From IMG/VR virus record IMGVR_UViG_3300030329_003381, positions 1-54,982 of that record: a DNA stretch of 54,982 bases. The stretch is one strand, 5' to 3'. Positions 10,271 to 20,820 of this stretch are shown piece by piece (the first letter of the stretch is position 1; each line of letters opens with the position of its first letter). Below the pieces are notes generated by a model that saw nothing but the letters and a program-made list of their open reading frames with translations, was not told the DNA's origin and made no database searches. The position numbers and the translations under genes were made by a program. This stretch comes from a virus. Taxonomy: Duplodnaviria; Caudoviricetes.

Positions 10271-10710
10271 TGGCTTTAGCAAACATTTATAAAAATTTGG
10301 TAACTGAGATAGTTACTCAATGTAAGACGATTAGCGAGTTAGCAGACGATAGTGGAAACACTAGAGTACATAAATGGCAAGGTAAACGCAGAATGAAAAC
10401 TGACGATTACGAAGCCGTAGTAATAGCAGGTCCAATGGATAACATAGGAGGATATACTTCTAATAGTACATTGAACAACTTTACTGTTTATGTAGATATA
10501 TCATACAACTCTCAAAACTTTGACACTGGATTCGATAATGCGATGGGTGTCGCCGAGAAAGTATATGATAAATTCCACCTCACTAATATCAATAACAAGT
10601 GCCGTCAAGCACGAGTTGAACTATTGCCTGGAGAGACATCAGTCGAAGGATTTTATATGATAACGGTACGATGCGTTATATTATGTGAAAAAATAGTAAC
10701 ACAAACATAG
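10270..10710 (+). CDS. tail terminator protein
   Basis: 146 aa between the gp10-like and tail tube genes. Confidence 0.55.
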   Translation: MALANIYKNLVTEIVTQCKTISELADDSGNTRVHKWQGKRRMKTDDYEAVVIAGPMDNIGGYTSNSTLNNFTVYVDISYNSQNFDTGFDNAMGVAEKVYDKFHLTNINNKCRQARVELLPGETSVEGFYMITVRCVILCEKIVTQT

Positions 10711-10723
10711 AAGGTGAATAAGT

Positions 10724-11698
10724 ATGACAAAAAGATACACACGATTTGAAACACAAGCAGCAATGACTACTAATGATAGTAGTTGGACTGCAGGTGCCAA
10801 TGTGCATGTGCTCGATGTCAGCGGCGAAGATATTTCTGTAGATAATGGATATATTTATCCAGCAACAGCTTCTAGTAGACACTATAAACGTGGTATTAAA
10901 GGCCCGGTAAAAATTACAGGACCTATTGATACTCCTTTGTTCCCAAAAGGTGCAGCATCATTGCTATACTATACATTGGGTTCAAATACTACTTCAGGAA
11001 GCTCAGCACCATATACTCACACAATAAAGAAAGGAGATTCAATTCCTCAATTTAGTTGTGAAGTAGGTAAAGATGTTAAAGCTCACAAATTTGTTGGTGG
11101 TATAGTTAATTCTGCAACTATAGATTATGCACCAGATGATACACTCAATGGATCATTTGATACAATCTTTAGAAAAGAATTAGCAACAAGTTCCCTAGCA
11201 AGTGTCACATTCCCAGACTTTGATAGTGCTGAAAGAGCATTTGCAGGTCATGAATGTACCTTTAAGATTGGTGCAGCAGAAGGAGGAAGTCCAACAACAT
11301 CTACTATTTGTGAATCATTTTCATTATCCTTAGAAAATAATGTTGCAGACGACGCATTTGCTTTAGGAGATAGATATCTTCCAGCAAATATAGTTGCACA
11401 ATTTGCAGCATCAGGTACTATGGACTTGAGATATGATGCTAGCACACACTATGATGACTTTTTAGCAACAACTGAAAAAGAAATTCATATTGTAGCCGAC
11501 AACGGTTTAAGCAGCGCAAATAATAGAAAGCTAACAATAAAACTTCCAAGAATTGCATATGATTCTAACAGATTACCAACCGACAATGTAGAAAGATTTG
11601 TACAAGCAATTAGTTTCACTTGTGAAACCAATGCAGCTGGCGATCCAATAATTGTTGAAGTAATCAACGCCGAGACAGAAGCACAATTCACAGCTTAG
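10724..11698 (+). CDS. major tail tube protein
   Basis: YTHTI..PQFSCEVG, FSLSLENN, LTIKLPRIAY tube motifs; GGTGA RBS. Confidence 0.8.
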   Translation: MTKRYTRFETQAAMTTNDSSWTAGANVHVLDVSGEDISVDNGYIYPATASSRHYKRGIKGPVKITGPIDTPLFPKGAASLLYYTLGSNTTSGSSAPYTHTIKKGDSIPQFSCEVGKDVKAHKFVGGIVNSATIDYAPDDTLNGSFDTIFRKELATSSLASVTFPDFDSAERAFAGHECTFKIGAAEGGSPTTSTICESFSLSLENNVADDAFALGDRYLPANIVAQFAASGTMDLRYDASTHYDDFLATTEKEIHIVADNGLSSANNRKLTIKLPRIAYDSNRLPTDNVERFVQAISFTCETNAAGDPIIVEVINAETEAQFTA

Positions 11699-11707
11699 GA
11701 GAAAAAT

Positions 11708-12157
11708 ATGGTCAATCCAAAGATTCAACGTCTACGAGAGAAAACACAGCACACCGTGATCGTAAAAGATGAAAATCTAGGTGAGATCGAATGGGTAATT
11801 CGATCAATACCTGCATATGATTTGTTACAGCATTATGATTTATTTTCTTCCATGCCTCAAGACATCAACCTTGATGTAGATAAGGATGGACAGATGAGTG
11901 ATAAACAAGCTAAAGTACTTAAAGAAAAATTACTTCCAATGATGGAATTAATTGTTCCAGCATGTGCTATAGACCCTCCTGTTACCGTTGATCTAAAGGA
12001 TCCTCGAATAGCAGAAGGAGAAGCTTTACACTTGAGAGATATTTCATTCCAAGCAGTAACTGATTTATTTGCAAAGATTTTAGACGTTTCTGGTCTGTCA
12101 AAGGAGGCAGACGAGAAAAGAAAAAAATCGGCAGGAGCCAATTCGCCAAAACAATAG
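11708..12157 (+). CDS. tail assembly chaperone (G)
   Basis: Between tube and tape measure; slippery heptamer near its 3' end. Confidence 0.75.
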   Translation: MVNPKIQRLREKTQHTVIVKDENLGEIEWVIRSIPAYDLLQHYDLFSSMPQDINLDVDKDGQMSDKQAKVLKEKLLPMMELIVPACAIDPPVTVDLKDPRIAEGEALHLRDISFQAVTDLFAKILDVSGLSKEADEKRKKSAGANSPKQ

Positions 12158-12351
12158 GTTCGTTATGTCATGCAGTTCCTTGTACACTCCCCCATCTCAT
12201 GTTGGGATATAATATAGATGACCCCGAAGGCATATTTCTTTCAGCGGAAATTCTTAATGCTTCAGCTCCTCAAGGGCAAGGAAGCCAAAGTAGTACAAAA
12301 GCTGGTCAACAACAACGAAGAGCGCGCTTGGCTCGTAAAAGCAGGTATTAA
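12121..12351 (+). CDS. -1 frameshift extension of the tail chaperone (G-T)
   Basis: In-frame A AAA AAA at 12121-12127; the -1 frame is open for 74 codons (IGRSQFAKTIGSLC...RKSRY) to TAA at 12349-12351. Confidence 0.75.
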   Translation, partial: KKIGRSQFAKTIGSLCHAVPCTLPHLMLGYNIDDPEGIFLSAEILNASAPQGQGSQSSTKAGQQQRRARLARKSRY

Positions 12352-12356
12352 CCCAC

Positions 12357-12367
12357 TCCTTTTTTTA
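12357..12367 (+). terminator. oligo-T tract after the chaperone
   Basis: TCCTTTTTTTT right after the G-T stop. Confidence 0.4.
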
Positions 12368-12383
12368 TTAGAGGAATTATACG

Positions 12384-15300
12384 ATGAATCCTAAAGAAAC
12401 AATTAATTTTATTTTCCAGTCCAATGTAGCTGGTATCAATAAAGCAGTAAATTCTGTAAAGAAACTTAATCAACATATAAAGAATACAAAGAAAGCAAGT
12501 AACGGTAGTTTCAATGCCATGAATAATGGCATGATAGAGACTGGAACTATTGCAGAAAAATTAGGTAACAAATTCGGTTTCATTGCATTTCAGTGGACAT
12601 TTATAGCTGGTACTGCAAGTAGAGCATTAAATGAAATTCGAATGGCAGCTCAGGAAGTCTTCCGTGAAGGCGCCGAAGGCATGTCAAAGATTCAAAGAGC
12701 TTCATTAGAAGCATTTGAACTAGGTGATTCATTAGACGAAACAAACAGAAAGATGAAAATCTTCTCTCAGTATGCTCAAGAAATGGGTTCGGGAGAAACA
12801 ATGTTTGGTGCTGGAGAAATAGCAGATACATTAAAAGAAGTAGTTAAAGCTACTAACGATATTAACTCAGCAATTCCAATTACAAACTCACTTCTGAAAT
12901 TAATGACAATTGAAGAAGTGGATGCAGCTAAAGGTGCTAAAGGTTTCCTTGCTGTAATGAATAACTTTAAATTAACAGGCGAAGATGTAAATAGAGTAAC
13001 TAATACATTAGTTGCTGTAAACAAACAATCTAGACTTTCTCTAGATGAAGTAATCCATTCATATGAGTTTGCAGGTCAGCAAGCTAGATTAATGGGATTA
13101 GATATAGAAGAAGCAGGTACCTTGATTGGTATGATTGGTGACCAATTACCAGCTGGAACTGTAGGTAGAACCTTCTCACAGATGCTTGTTAACTTTAGAA
13201 AAGAAACTGTAGCATTAAATCCATTGTTATCACAGATGGGTGTTAACTTGTATGACAATGAAGGCAACATGAGAGGCTTTGCAAATATCATGAGAGATAT
13301 GTCAAAGATGATGAAAGATGCTGGTGATAAAAATGATTACTTCAGAGACTCTTTATTGAGAAGTATGAAGTTAGATACTCGAGCAGAGAGAGTATTCTTA
13401 GCATTAATTAATAACTTTGAAGAGTATGAAGATAGATTAGAAAAAGTAAGACGTGGTGGAGAGTATGTAGACTTTCTATATGAACAATTAAAGAATTCTC
13501 CTGAAGCTGCAATGAAGAGAATACAGCATGCTTTGGGTCAATTAAAGATTCAATTAGTAGCAGGATTTGCTCCAGCATTATTACAGATATTAGAAATATT
13601 AATGGAGTTTGTTAGAAGAGAAGAAATTCAAAGAGCATTCCATGCTATAGGAAAAGCTATAGGTCAAAATATAATTCCAGTTGTAGAAGGAGCAGTATGG
13701 CTATTTAGAGGATTAGTTGCATTGTATAAGAAACTAGGATTAGGTGCTGATGGACTATCAAAGATATTCTTAGGATTATCATTAGCCTTAGGATCATTAG
13801 TTGTAGTTGGTACTTTAATTACATTATTTGCAATGTTTGCTAGCTTGGCAGAAAAAGCTGCTGCTAAGATGGCTGTATTGGGAATCACAACCAGATTTAC
13901 AAACATGACAATGTCATCATTCTTAATTGGCATGATGAGAGTTGGTGCTATTATGTTTGGACTTTGGTTCTTAATATCTGGTGTTAATAGATTAATAACA
14001 ACATTATCTGATGGTTTCCAAGAAGGAGAAGAAGAAGCTGTATTAATGGGATTAGGATTAACTGCTTTGGGTGCAGCTATGGTAGCATTACCATTATTAC
14101 CGTTAATAACTAGACTAGCAGGAGCTGTAGCAGGAAGTGCAGCCTTAACAGGTGCCTTTGGTGTATTATCGATAGCAATGAAAGGAGTTGGAGTAGCATT
14201 TATGACTACTCCATTGGGTGCAGCAATTGCAGTATTTGCAGCAGTAGCCACAGCAACATACTTAGCTACTGAAGCTATCAAAGATCATGTTAATGCATGG
14301 GCTGATGTAAAACCAAATGATGATTTAGCTACTGTATGGCAAAAGATATTCTTAAAGATTGGTGACTTGAGTGCAGAAGAATTTATTGGAGGATTCCATA
14401 CTTTCTTCGAAGAGAAATTTGCAATCGGTCAATGGATATGGGATGCAGTAAGTAAAGCACATACATTTATTATGGCACAAGGTGGATTACTTGCTGCAAT
14501 GATAGATGCAGGATTTAAAGGTGATTGGTCACGTATGTTTGACATTGGTGGAGAAATTCAAAGAAATGTTACAAGTGCAGCTATTAAATTTAAAATGAGT
14601 GGTGTACTTTTGGCTGAAAGTATATGGCAAGGTATTGTAGACTTCTTTACAGGTAAAACTATATGGGATGCTGTAATGGCACAAGACACATACTTTAAAT
14701 ATAGTAATCCAGATTTATTCGAAGATGATCGTACTCAAGAAGAAAAAGATGCAGCAAAATTACATCCAGCATTCCAAATACATACAGAACAAATACAAGA
14801 GAATGTTGATTCATTAGCAGAAACAGTAGGAGAAGTAGAAGTAGCTACAGAGACAGTTGTAGCTGAAGTAGAAGAATTTACAGAAGGTATGGATGGAATA
14901 ACTAAAGAAGCTGAGAAATTAGCTGAACAAGTAGAAGAAGAAACCAAAGCAATTATTAAAGAAAATGAAATAACTACTAAAGTAAGTGATACAAAGCAAC
15001 AAGTAGAGAAGACATTATTGACTAGTAAGAACTTAGAGATTACTCATATGGCTAGAATGGTAGAATTAATAAGAGATAAGATGAGATTACATGATTTATA
15101 TCAATGGCAAATTGAAATAATGGATCAATCTTTTATACCTGAAACTATTAATACTGTAACACATTTAGTTGAATTCCAAGATAGACTTATTGTAGCTAGT
15201 AACGCTTTCGATAGATTAGCATGGGCTGCTGATAGAACAGTTAGTCGATTAGCTAGTGTAAAAATAAGTGCTTCGGGTAAATTTAGTATGGCTTCCTTTG

Positions 15301-15539
15301 GAGCATTACCAGGTGGAATGATTAACAATATGCCTGTTGCAACACCTACACGCGGAGTATCACAAGACATAATGAACCAATTGTTAGGATTGCGCCCAGA
15401 AGCTCCGGTAGTAAATAATAACATTGAATTGACAATGGATATTGAAAGTATTAGATCTGAAGAAGATATAGAAAGAATGGCAGGATTAGTAGCAGATAAA
15501 ATAGCAGAAGAATTACCTAGTAAGAGTGTGACTGAATAA
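12384..15539 (+). CDS. tail tape measure protein
   Basis: 1051 aa; TP901-type N-terminal region (ETMFGAGEIADTL, MGVNLYDNEGNMRGF); long hydrophobic central stretch. Confidence 0.9.
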   Translation: MNPKETINFIFQSNVAGINKAVNSVKKLNQHIKNTKKASNGSFNAMNNGMIETGTIAEKLGNKFGFIAFQWTFIAGTASRALNEIRMAAQEVFREGAEGMSKIQRASLEAFELGDSLDETNRKMKIFSQYAQEMGSGETMFGAGEIADTLKEVVKATNDINSAIPITNSLLKLMTIEEVDAAKGAKGFLAVMNNFKLTGEDVNRVTNTLVAVNKQSRLSLDEVIHSYEFAGQQARLMGLDIEEAGTLIGMIGDQLPAGTVGRTFSQMLVNFRKETVALNPLLSQMGVNLYDNEGNMRGFANIMRDMSKMMKDAGDKNDYFRDSLLRSMKLDTRAERVFLALINNFEEYEDRLEKVRRGGEYVDFLYEQLKNSPEAAMKRIQHALGQLKIQLVAGFAPALLQILEILMEFVRREEIQRAFHAIGKAIGQNIIPVVEGAVWLFRGLVALYKKLGLGADGLSKIFLGLSLALGSLVVVGTLITLFAMFASLAEKAAAKMAVLGITTRFTNMTMSSFLIGMMRVGAIMFGLWFLISGVNRLITTLSDGFQEGEEEAVLMGLGLTALGAAMVALPLLPLITRLAGAVAGSAALTGAFGVLSIAMKGVGVAFMTTPLGAAIAVFAAVATATYLATEAIKDHVNAWADVKPNDDLATVWQKIFLKIGDLSAEEFIGGFHTFFEEKFAIGQWIWDAVSKAHTFIMAQGGLLAAMIDAGFKGDWSRMFDIGGEIQRNVTSAAIKFKMSGVLLAESIWQGIVDFFTGKTIWDAVMAQDTYFKYSNPDLFEDDRTQEEKDAAKLHPAFQIHTEQIQENVDSLAETVGEVEVATETVVAEVEEFTEGMDGITKEAEKLAEQVEEETKAIIKENEITTKVSDTKQQVEKTLLTSKNLEITHMARMVELIRDKMRLHDLYQWQIEIMDQSFIPETINTVTHLVEFQDRLIVASNAFDRLAWAADRTVSRLASVKISASGKFSMASFGALPGGMINNMPVATPTRGVSQDIMNQLLGLRPEAPVVNNNIELTMDIESIRSEEDIERMAGLVADKIAEELPSKSVTE

Positions 15540-16057
15540 TGGTTTGGAAAATAGATGATATATCATTACCAATGGATCCTACTTTAGTAGAGAGAAGAAT
15601 TATTAGAAATGCTCCTACTCAACCAACACAATTTGATTTCCCATCAATGGGTGTTACTTCTTTGCAATCATTTACATTAAAAATTAAAGGTTTTATTTGG
15701 GATGAAGTATTAGCACAACAACTGTGGGAATTAACTAAAGACGCAGAGTCTGAAATTATAAATATTCAAATAACAGATGATACTGATCATGAATGGATAG
15801 CAGGAACATATGCAGCTGCAAAAAGCTTTATTAAACGTTCAGGTCCTCAATATGTAGAAGAAACAGATGGTACTAATTCTCCAGTATGGGAATATGATAT
15901 AGCCTTTGTACAATTTGCAGAAGCAGGAATAGATGGTCCTGGTGAGGAATTATTTCCAGAAGATGAAGATCCAGGAATAGGTCCTGATAAATGGAATGAC
16001 ACATTAGATGACTGGGTATTTGATAGCTGGACCTGGTTTGCACAAATTTTGATATGA
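15539..16057 (+). CDS. putative distal tail protein
   Basis: Directly follows and is coupled to the tape measure gene; beta-rich. Confidence 0.5.
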   Translation: MVWKIDDISLPMDPTLVERRIIRNAPTQPTQFDFPSMGVTSLQSFTLKIKGFIWDEVLAQQLWELTKDAESEIINIQITDDTDHEWIAGTYAAAKSFIKRSGPQYVEETDGTNSPVWEYDIAFVQFAEAGIDGPGEELFPEDEDPGIGPDKWNDTLDDWVFDSWTWFAQILI

Positions 16058-17736
16058 CTCGTATTACAGTAGCTGGTCCAAAGGATGTAAGTAAATTTCA
16101 ACCTTTAGGTAAAGTCTACAATAGAACAACTAAAGATGGAAATGTTCCTATTGCAACATATTTAATAGGTTCACATTATCAAATTAATTCTGATGGTATA
16201 CTTGATAGTTCAACTGACGGTACTTATATGACTAGTAATACTACTACAACTAGTAGTTCAAAATTAAACATTACTGGTAAATCATCTCAAGTGGGTCAAA
16301 TAGGAAAGAATATTAATTCATTCTCATCATTTACTTATTTGTATCCTAAAACAAAAATTGTAGGACATAGCGAATTAGCAATTTCATCTAGTAGTTTATC
16401 ACCAAGACCAACTCATAGATTAAGACATAAATTTGAAGATATTGCAACTACTGATTCATTAATTGTAGATTGGGGATTAAATGCTGCAGGTACTGCAAAT
16501 GAATTGACACTTAAACAAACAGTTGATGGTGTAGAATCAACAGTAGCAACCTATACAGCTTCAGCTGGAGTAACTGAAATTAATTGGGAACTTAGATATC
16601 TTGAAGAAGGAGTTACCAAGTTCTTTTATAAAACACCAAGTGGTAATAGAAAAAGATTATTCAAAGGTAATACAACAGCTGATATAGCTGAATGTAAAGT
16701 ATCTGCAGAATATTGGACTAGTGAAACTACATTAAGAACGGTTAAAAGTGACTTTTTATTTATATGGTATCCTATTATTCACTTGAATTATCAAGGTACA
16801 ATAGCTAACTATCTCTTAGGTAATTGTAAAGTATTAGATACTAAAGGTTCTGAATCTGAAGCAAATTGGGTAAGAGTATATTCAGGAGACCATGAATTTT
16901 CAGGTGATAGAATTATAGAAAATGGATTATTAAGGATGAGAATTACTACAGATCCTAAAGTAAAATTCTACGGATGGAACACTACTTCATCTACTTATGA
17001 ATATATTGGTGCATTAAATCCTATTGATTCTAATGGTAACCTTTCTACAACCTTTAGTGATGTTTTGTTTAAACAATTAACTAAATCCCGAATGAAGTTT
17101 ACAATTAAATTTGGAGTATTAGATTACGAAGTTGATTTACATAGAGGTTGGCCTCATGCAAGAATTGTATTAAACTCTAAACAATGTAGATTTGAAACTA
17201 ATAAAGGAAGATTTGCTACTAGTTCAGATTATACAAATAATAAATTAATTAACTGGAATCAAAAGACTTCTGATGATACCGGTAAAGGAAATCCATTAAA
17301 CTTATCGGCTGCTTCATTCCAGCAAGATGCTTTTCAATCTAATGCATTTCAATCTAGTATCTCAACTGGTGTGAATCCTTATGATTTTACAAACGATACT
17401 AATAATGACAGTGGATTACAAAACATAGATGATAATTGGTTTGCATTTTATGATGCAGGTCAAGCAGATGATACTGTTGGATTTATAGGTGTACTTAAAA
17501 AACCAACTGGATTACAATTAAAAGCCTCAACTACGACAGCTCTAGAATATGCTAACTTTACATTCGATAAGAAAATGATTATTGGAGTTGGTATGCTGCA
17601 GGCTTCTATTACTTCACAAGTATCAGGTATCCCATTAGCATTTCATATTGGTAACCAAGATGAATATGTAAAGTGGAGAGCTAATGAATCTGTTGTTGGC
17701 TTTGGACAAAAACAATTCTCAAGGAGAAAGAGATAA
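16054..17736 (+). CDS. tail tip/baseplate protein
   Basis: 560 aa, beta-rich; IIENGLLRM motif; FQQDAFQSNAFQ insert; tail operon. Confidence 0.5.
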   Translation: MTRITVAGPKDVSKFQPLGKVYNRTTKDGNVPIATYLIGSHYQINSDGILDSSTDGTYMTSNTTTTSSSKLNITGKSSQVGQIGKNINSFSSFTYLYPKTKIVGHSELAISSSSLSPRPTHRLRHKFEDIATTDSLIVDWGLNAAGTANELTLKQTVDGVESTVATYTASAGVTEINWELRYLEEGVTKFFYKTPSGNRKRLFKGNTTADIAECKVSAEYWTSETTLRTVKSDFLFIWYPIIHLNYQGTIANYLLGNCKVLDTKGSESEANWVRVYSGDHEFSGDRIIENGLLRMRITTDPKVKFYGWNTTSSTYEYIGALNPIDSNGNLSTTFSDVLFKQLTKSRMKFTIKFGVLDYEVDLHRGWPHARIVLNSKQCRFETNKGRFATSSDYTNNKLINWNQKTSDDTGKGNPLNLSAASFQQDAFQSNAFQSSISTGVNPYDFTNDTNNDSGLQNIDDNWFAFYDAGQADDTVGFIGVLKKPTGLQLKASTTTALEYANFTFDKKMIIGVGMLQASITSQVSGIPLAFHIGNQDEYVKWRANESVVGFGQKQFSRRKR

Positions 17737-18347
17737 TGCCTATACAATTATATTTATCTGGTGGAACTGGTAATACTAATCCTTATGCTAGTCTTGGCGG
17801 TAAACGTTCTTCGACACAAGTAACTAATGATGCATTGGAAAATATATTTGATGATATTTCAAGACAAGAAGCTCTAGTTGGTAAGACTGAATATCGTTGC
17901 TTGTATGTATATAATCCTTCTGGTAATGCTTTAACTAATGTCAAAGTACACATTTCACAACATCCTACAATTACAAATATTTCTATTGGTTCTGATGCAG
18001 CGGGAATAGGCAATGGAACATCTACTGCTATTGCATCTTCTATTGCAACAGAAGACACAGTACCAACAGGAGTTACTTTTTATGGAGAATCAGAAGATCA
18101 TTATGGATTGGCTTTAGGAACATTAAAAGCCGGAGAGGGTACACCATTTTGGCTAAAGAGAGAAGCTGAAACTAGTACATCACAAACTATTTCTTTTACA
18201 TTAACTATAACAGAAGATTCAGGCACATTGCCTTCTACTTCTCACGCTGATGGTTTAGCTTTATCAGAATGGAGAGACTTTGATACAACACCAACTGGTA
18301 CATATAAAACAGGAACTGCAAAAGTAGGATTTAGTGATATAGGATGA
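17736..18347 (+). CDS. minor tail protein
   Basis: SLGG..S..LENIFDDIS..EYRCLYVYN..LGTLKAGE..FWLKR, a virion-protein-like pattern. Confidence 0.55.
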   Translation: MPIQLYLSGGTGNTNPYASLGGKRSSTQVTNDALENIFDDISRQEALVGKTEYRCLYVYNPSGNALTNVKVHISQHPTITNISIGSDAAGIGNGTSTAIASSIATEDTVPTGVTFYGESEDHYGLALGTLKAGEGTPFWLKREAETSTSQTISFTLTITEDSGTLPSTSHADGLALSEWRDFDTTPTGTYKTGTAKVGFSDIG

Positions 18348-18610
18348 CTATATATGAGGAAGAGAGAGAAGCAGCTAGAAAAGCTATGCTGTTAACTGTT
18401 TATCAACGAATGGGAGATATTGCTTCTCAAATAGAATATACTATAAAAAAACAAAAACACGGCAAACCTGTCGATACAATCGGACAGTCCAGTCCAGAAG
18501 ATATTATTAAATCACTCTGGGATCGATTGAATGTACTAGAGAGTATTGTGTGCAAACAAGAGAATGAACTTAATATACGAGAAAGAAATACATTGGAGGA
18601 ATTATTATGA
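18344..18610 (+). CDS. hypothetical helical protein
   Basis: ATGA-coupled on both sides. Confidence 0.5.
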   Translation: MTIYEEEREAARKAMLLTVYQRMGDIASQIEYTIKKQKHGKPVDTIGQSSPEDIIKSLWDRLNVLESIVCKQENELNIRERNTLEELL

Positions 18611-19155
18611 CTTTAGATAAATGGACAACTGGAGATGTAATTACCGAAGGTAATATTAATAAACGTGGTATTAGAAGAGGTACAACATCAGATAGAGGTT
18701 CTGCAACTACAGTTGTAGGAGATCATTATTTTAATGAAGATGAAGATTGTACTCAAGTAAAAGTTTCTGCTAGTCCAGAAGTTTGGATGAATGCAGGAAG
18801 AGTATTATTGGGTGCTGATTCTAATGAAACTGCAGTCACTGGTACTACAGCTACACAAGTAAAAGATATTGATGTGATAAAACATACTTCTACTTGGGCC
18901 GGATATTTAGTTTTAATAGTTGCTAGAATAAAATCATCTAATGGTTCTCATGCTGCTTCTTTAAGAGTAAGACTCAACGGAGCTGGTAGTGATTCCTTAG
19001 TTTTAACTTCTAGTTCGACTTCTTATGCAGTAGTAAAAGGAACAATTGATGTTTCATCATTAGCTGCAGGAAGACATACTATAGAATTATTCTTAGATTC
19101 TGCAAACTCATCTTCAACCGCAACTATGGATATGACAGAAATCTGGGGATCTTAA
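18607..19155 (+). CDS. putative tail fibre/receptor-binding protein
   Basis: N-terminal WTTGDVIT..N anchor; C-terminal beta-sandwich (LAAGRHTIELF). Confidence 0.55.
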   Translation: MTLDKWTTGDVITEGNINKRGIRRGTTSDRGSATTVVGDHYFNEDEDCTQVKVSASPEVWMNAGRVLLGADSNETAVTGTTATQVKDIDVIKHTSTWAGYLVLIVARIKSSNGSHAASLRVRLNGAGSDSLVLTSSSTSYAVVKGTIDVSSLAAGRHTIELFLDSANSSSTATMDMTEIWGS

Positions 19156-19517
19156 TGGAATGGAAATTAATTAATAAACGAACCCAAGAAGATAAAGTGG
19201 GTAATTTATTACAACTTGATGGTGGAGTTATTCCAAAGAAATGTCAAAATTGTAAATCTAGTTTAGATAGCGAAATAACACTTAAAGAAATGAAACAAAC
19301 AATTCCATATTTTAAATGCAATGATTGTAAATTTGAAACAGCTGACGGTGGTCAAGCTTTATGGCATGAACATGAAGAATCCGCACATACAATAGAATTT
19401 ACAACTGGTGAGAAAGTTCTTGAGATTAATAAAGTAATTGAAAATCCTCCTAGAATTATTAAAGAGGATGATGACGTAATTATTTTATGTTCGGAATGCT
19501 ATGACAAGAAGTATTAG
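19155..19517 (+). CDS. Zn-finger protein in the tail operon
   Basis: CQNC, C2H2-like CNDC..H....H, and CSEC. Confidence 0.55.
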   Translation: MEWKLINKRTQEDKVGNLLQLDGGVIPKKCQNCKSSLDSEITLKEMKQTIPYFKCNDCKFETADGGQALWHEHEESAHTIEFTTGEKVLEINKVIENPPRIIKEDDDVIILCSECYDKKY

Positions 19518-20802
19518 AAAAAATAATATTCCTCAAAACCTTATATTATTTACAGGTTTAGGTTCTGCACCTTCTAAATTTATTATAGAAAGTAACAACG
19601 ATAAAATGCCTAGAAATACTGCTAGCGGTGTTAATCCTGGTAATGAAATTACTACAGCTGCACATCAGCATGCTGCTTCGGGTACACACGAACACGATGG
19701 TAATGTAAGCCATGCTCATCATGTGCAAACAGATACTTATACAGGTTCAGCTGGACATGGTTCATATAATGGTTCAGCAGGAATACATTATCACGAGTAT
19801 GATACTAATGCAACTACTGCTAATTTAGATACAGCAGCTGGTGGAGACCATCAACATCCTGCTACTGCTACAGCAGATCCTCCTTATTATACTTATTTAG
19901 CTATAAAGAAAACTTCTGTTTATAATTTAAGATCATCACATCAGATACCACATAAAGCTTGTGTGATGTGGAAAAGTTCATCTCTTCATACAGGATATGG
20001 GGCCGATACAACTGGTAATGATAAATTTTTTAAATTTACAAATACTCCTGGCCAGACAGGAGGAGAATCAACTCACACACACAGTGAAGTAGCTGGACAT
20101 AATCATACTTTTACTTTAGCAAGTCATACTCATGCATTGCCTTCAGCTACAGGAACAGGTAGTAACACTTCAGCTAAGATTGGTTCTGGTAGTGCAACTG
20201 TTACTGTTGGTTCAGGACATACACATGGATTATCAGGAACTACTATTTCTAGTAATACTGCAACTGGTAGTACAGGAACTAGTGATGCCCATTCAGAGAT
20301 AGCAATAGCAAGAGATCCTGCTTGGTTTAAAGTTCAAGTTGCAAGAAGAGATATAGTCTCAATAAGAAAACCTGGAATACCTAAATCAGGTATTTGTATG
20401 TGGAAAAATACTCTAGCTAGTATCCCTACAGGCTTTGTATTAACAGATGGTAATAATGGTACTACTAATTGGTTAAATAAATTTCCTAAAATCGGCAATG
20501 GTGCTTCTAGTGTAGGTGGCAGTGATACACATCAACATGCCTCACAAACTCATACTCATACTTTAACTGCTCATCATACTCATACTATTTCTGGTAACAC
20601 TGATTCAGGTGGCTCAGGAGGAAATCCTGGCGCAGCTGGAGCCACTACAGGAACTAGATTAGGAGAACACGTACATGGTCCTGGTGATATAATGACTACA
20701 ACATTTGATCCAGCTGTTACTGGTACTGCATCGCATCAACACGCAGCTGCTACATCATTACCTAATTATATACAGGTTGCTTATATAGAGAGAACGAGTT
20801 AA
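19501..20802 (+). CDS. His-rich tail fibre with three collar/needle repeats
   Basis: 14 HxH motifs; collar motif ICMW....ASIPTGFVLTDGNNGT; three P(Y/W)-type end motifs. Confidence 0.75.
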   Translation: MTRSIRKNNIPQNLILFTGLGSAPSKFIIESNNDKMPRNTASGVNPGNEITTAAHQHAASGTHEHDGNVSHAHHVQTDTYTGSAGHGSYNGSAGIHYHEYDTNATTANLDTAAGGDHQHPATATADPPYYTYLAIKKTSVYNLRSSHQIPHKACVMWKSSSLHTGYGADTTGNDKFFKFTNTPGQTGGESTHTHSEVAGHNHTFTLASHTHALPSATGTGSNTSAKIGSGSATVTVGSGHTHGLSGTTISSNTATGSTGTSDAHSEIAIARDPAWFKVQVARRDIVSIRKPGIPKSGICMWKNTLASIPTGFVLTDGNNGTTNWLNKFPKIGNGASSVGGSDTHQHASQTHTHTLTAHHTHTISGNTDSGGSGGNPGAAGATTGTRLGEHVHGPGDIMTTTFDPAVTGTASHQHAAATSLPNYIQVAYIERTS

Positions 20803-20820
20803 GGAGCCCGAGGGAAATTT

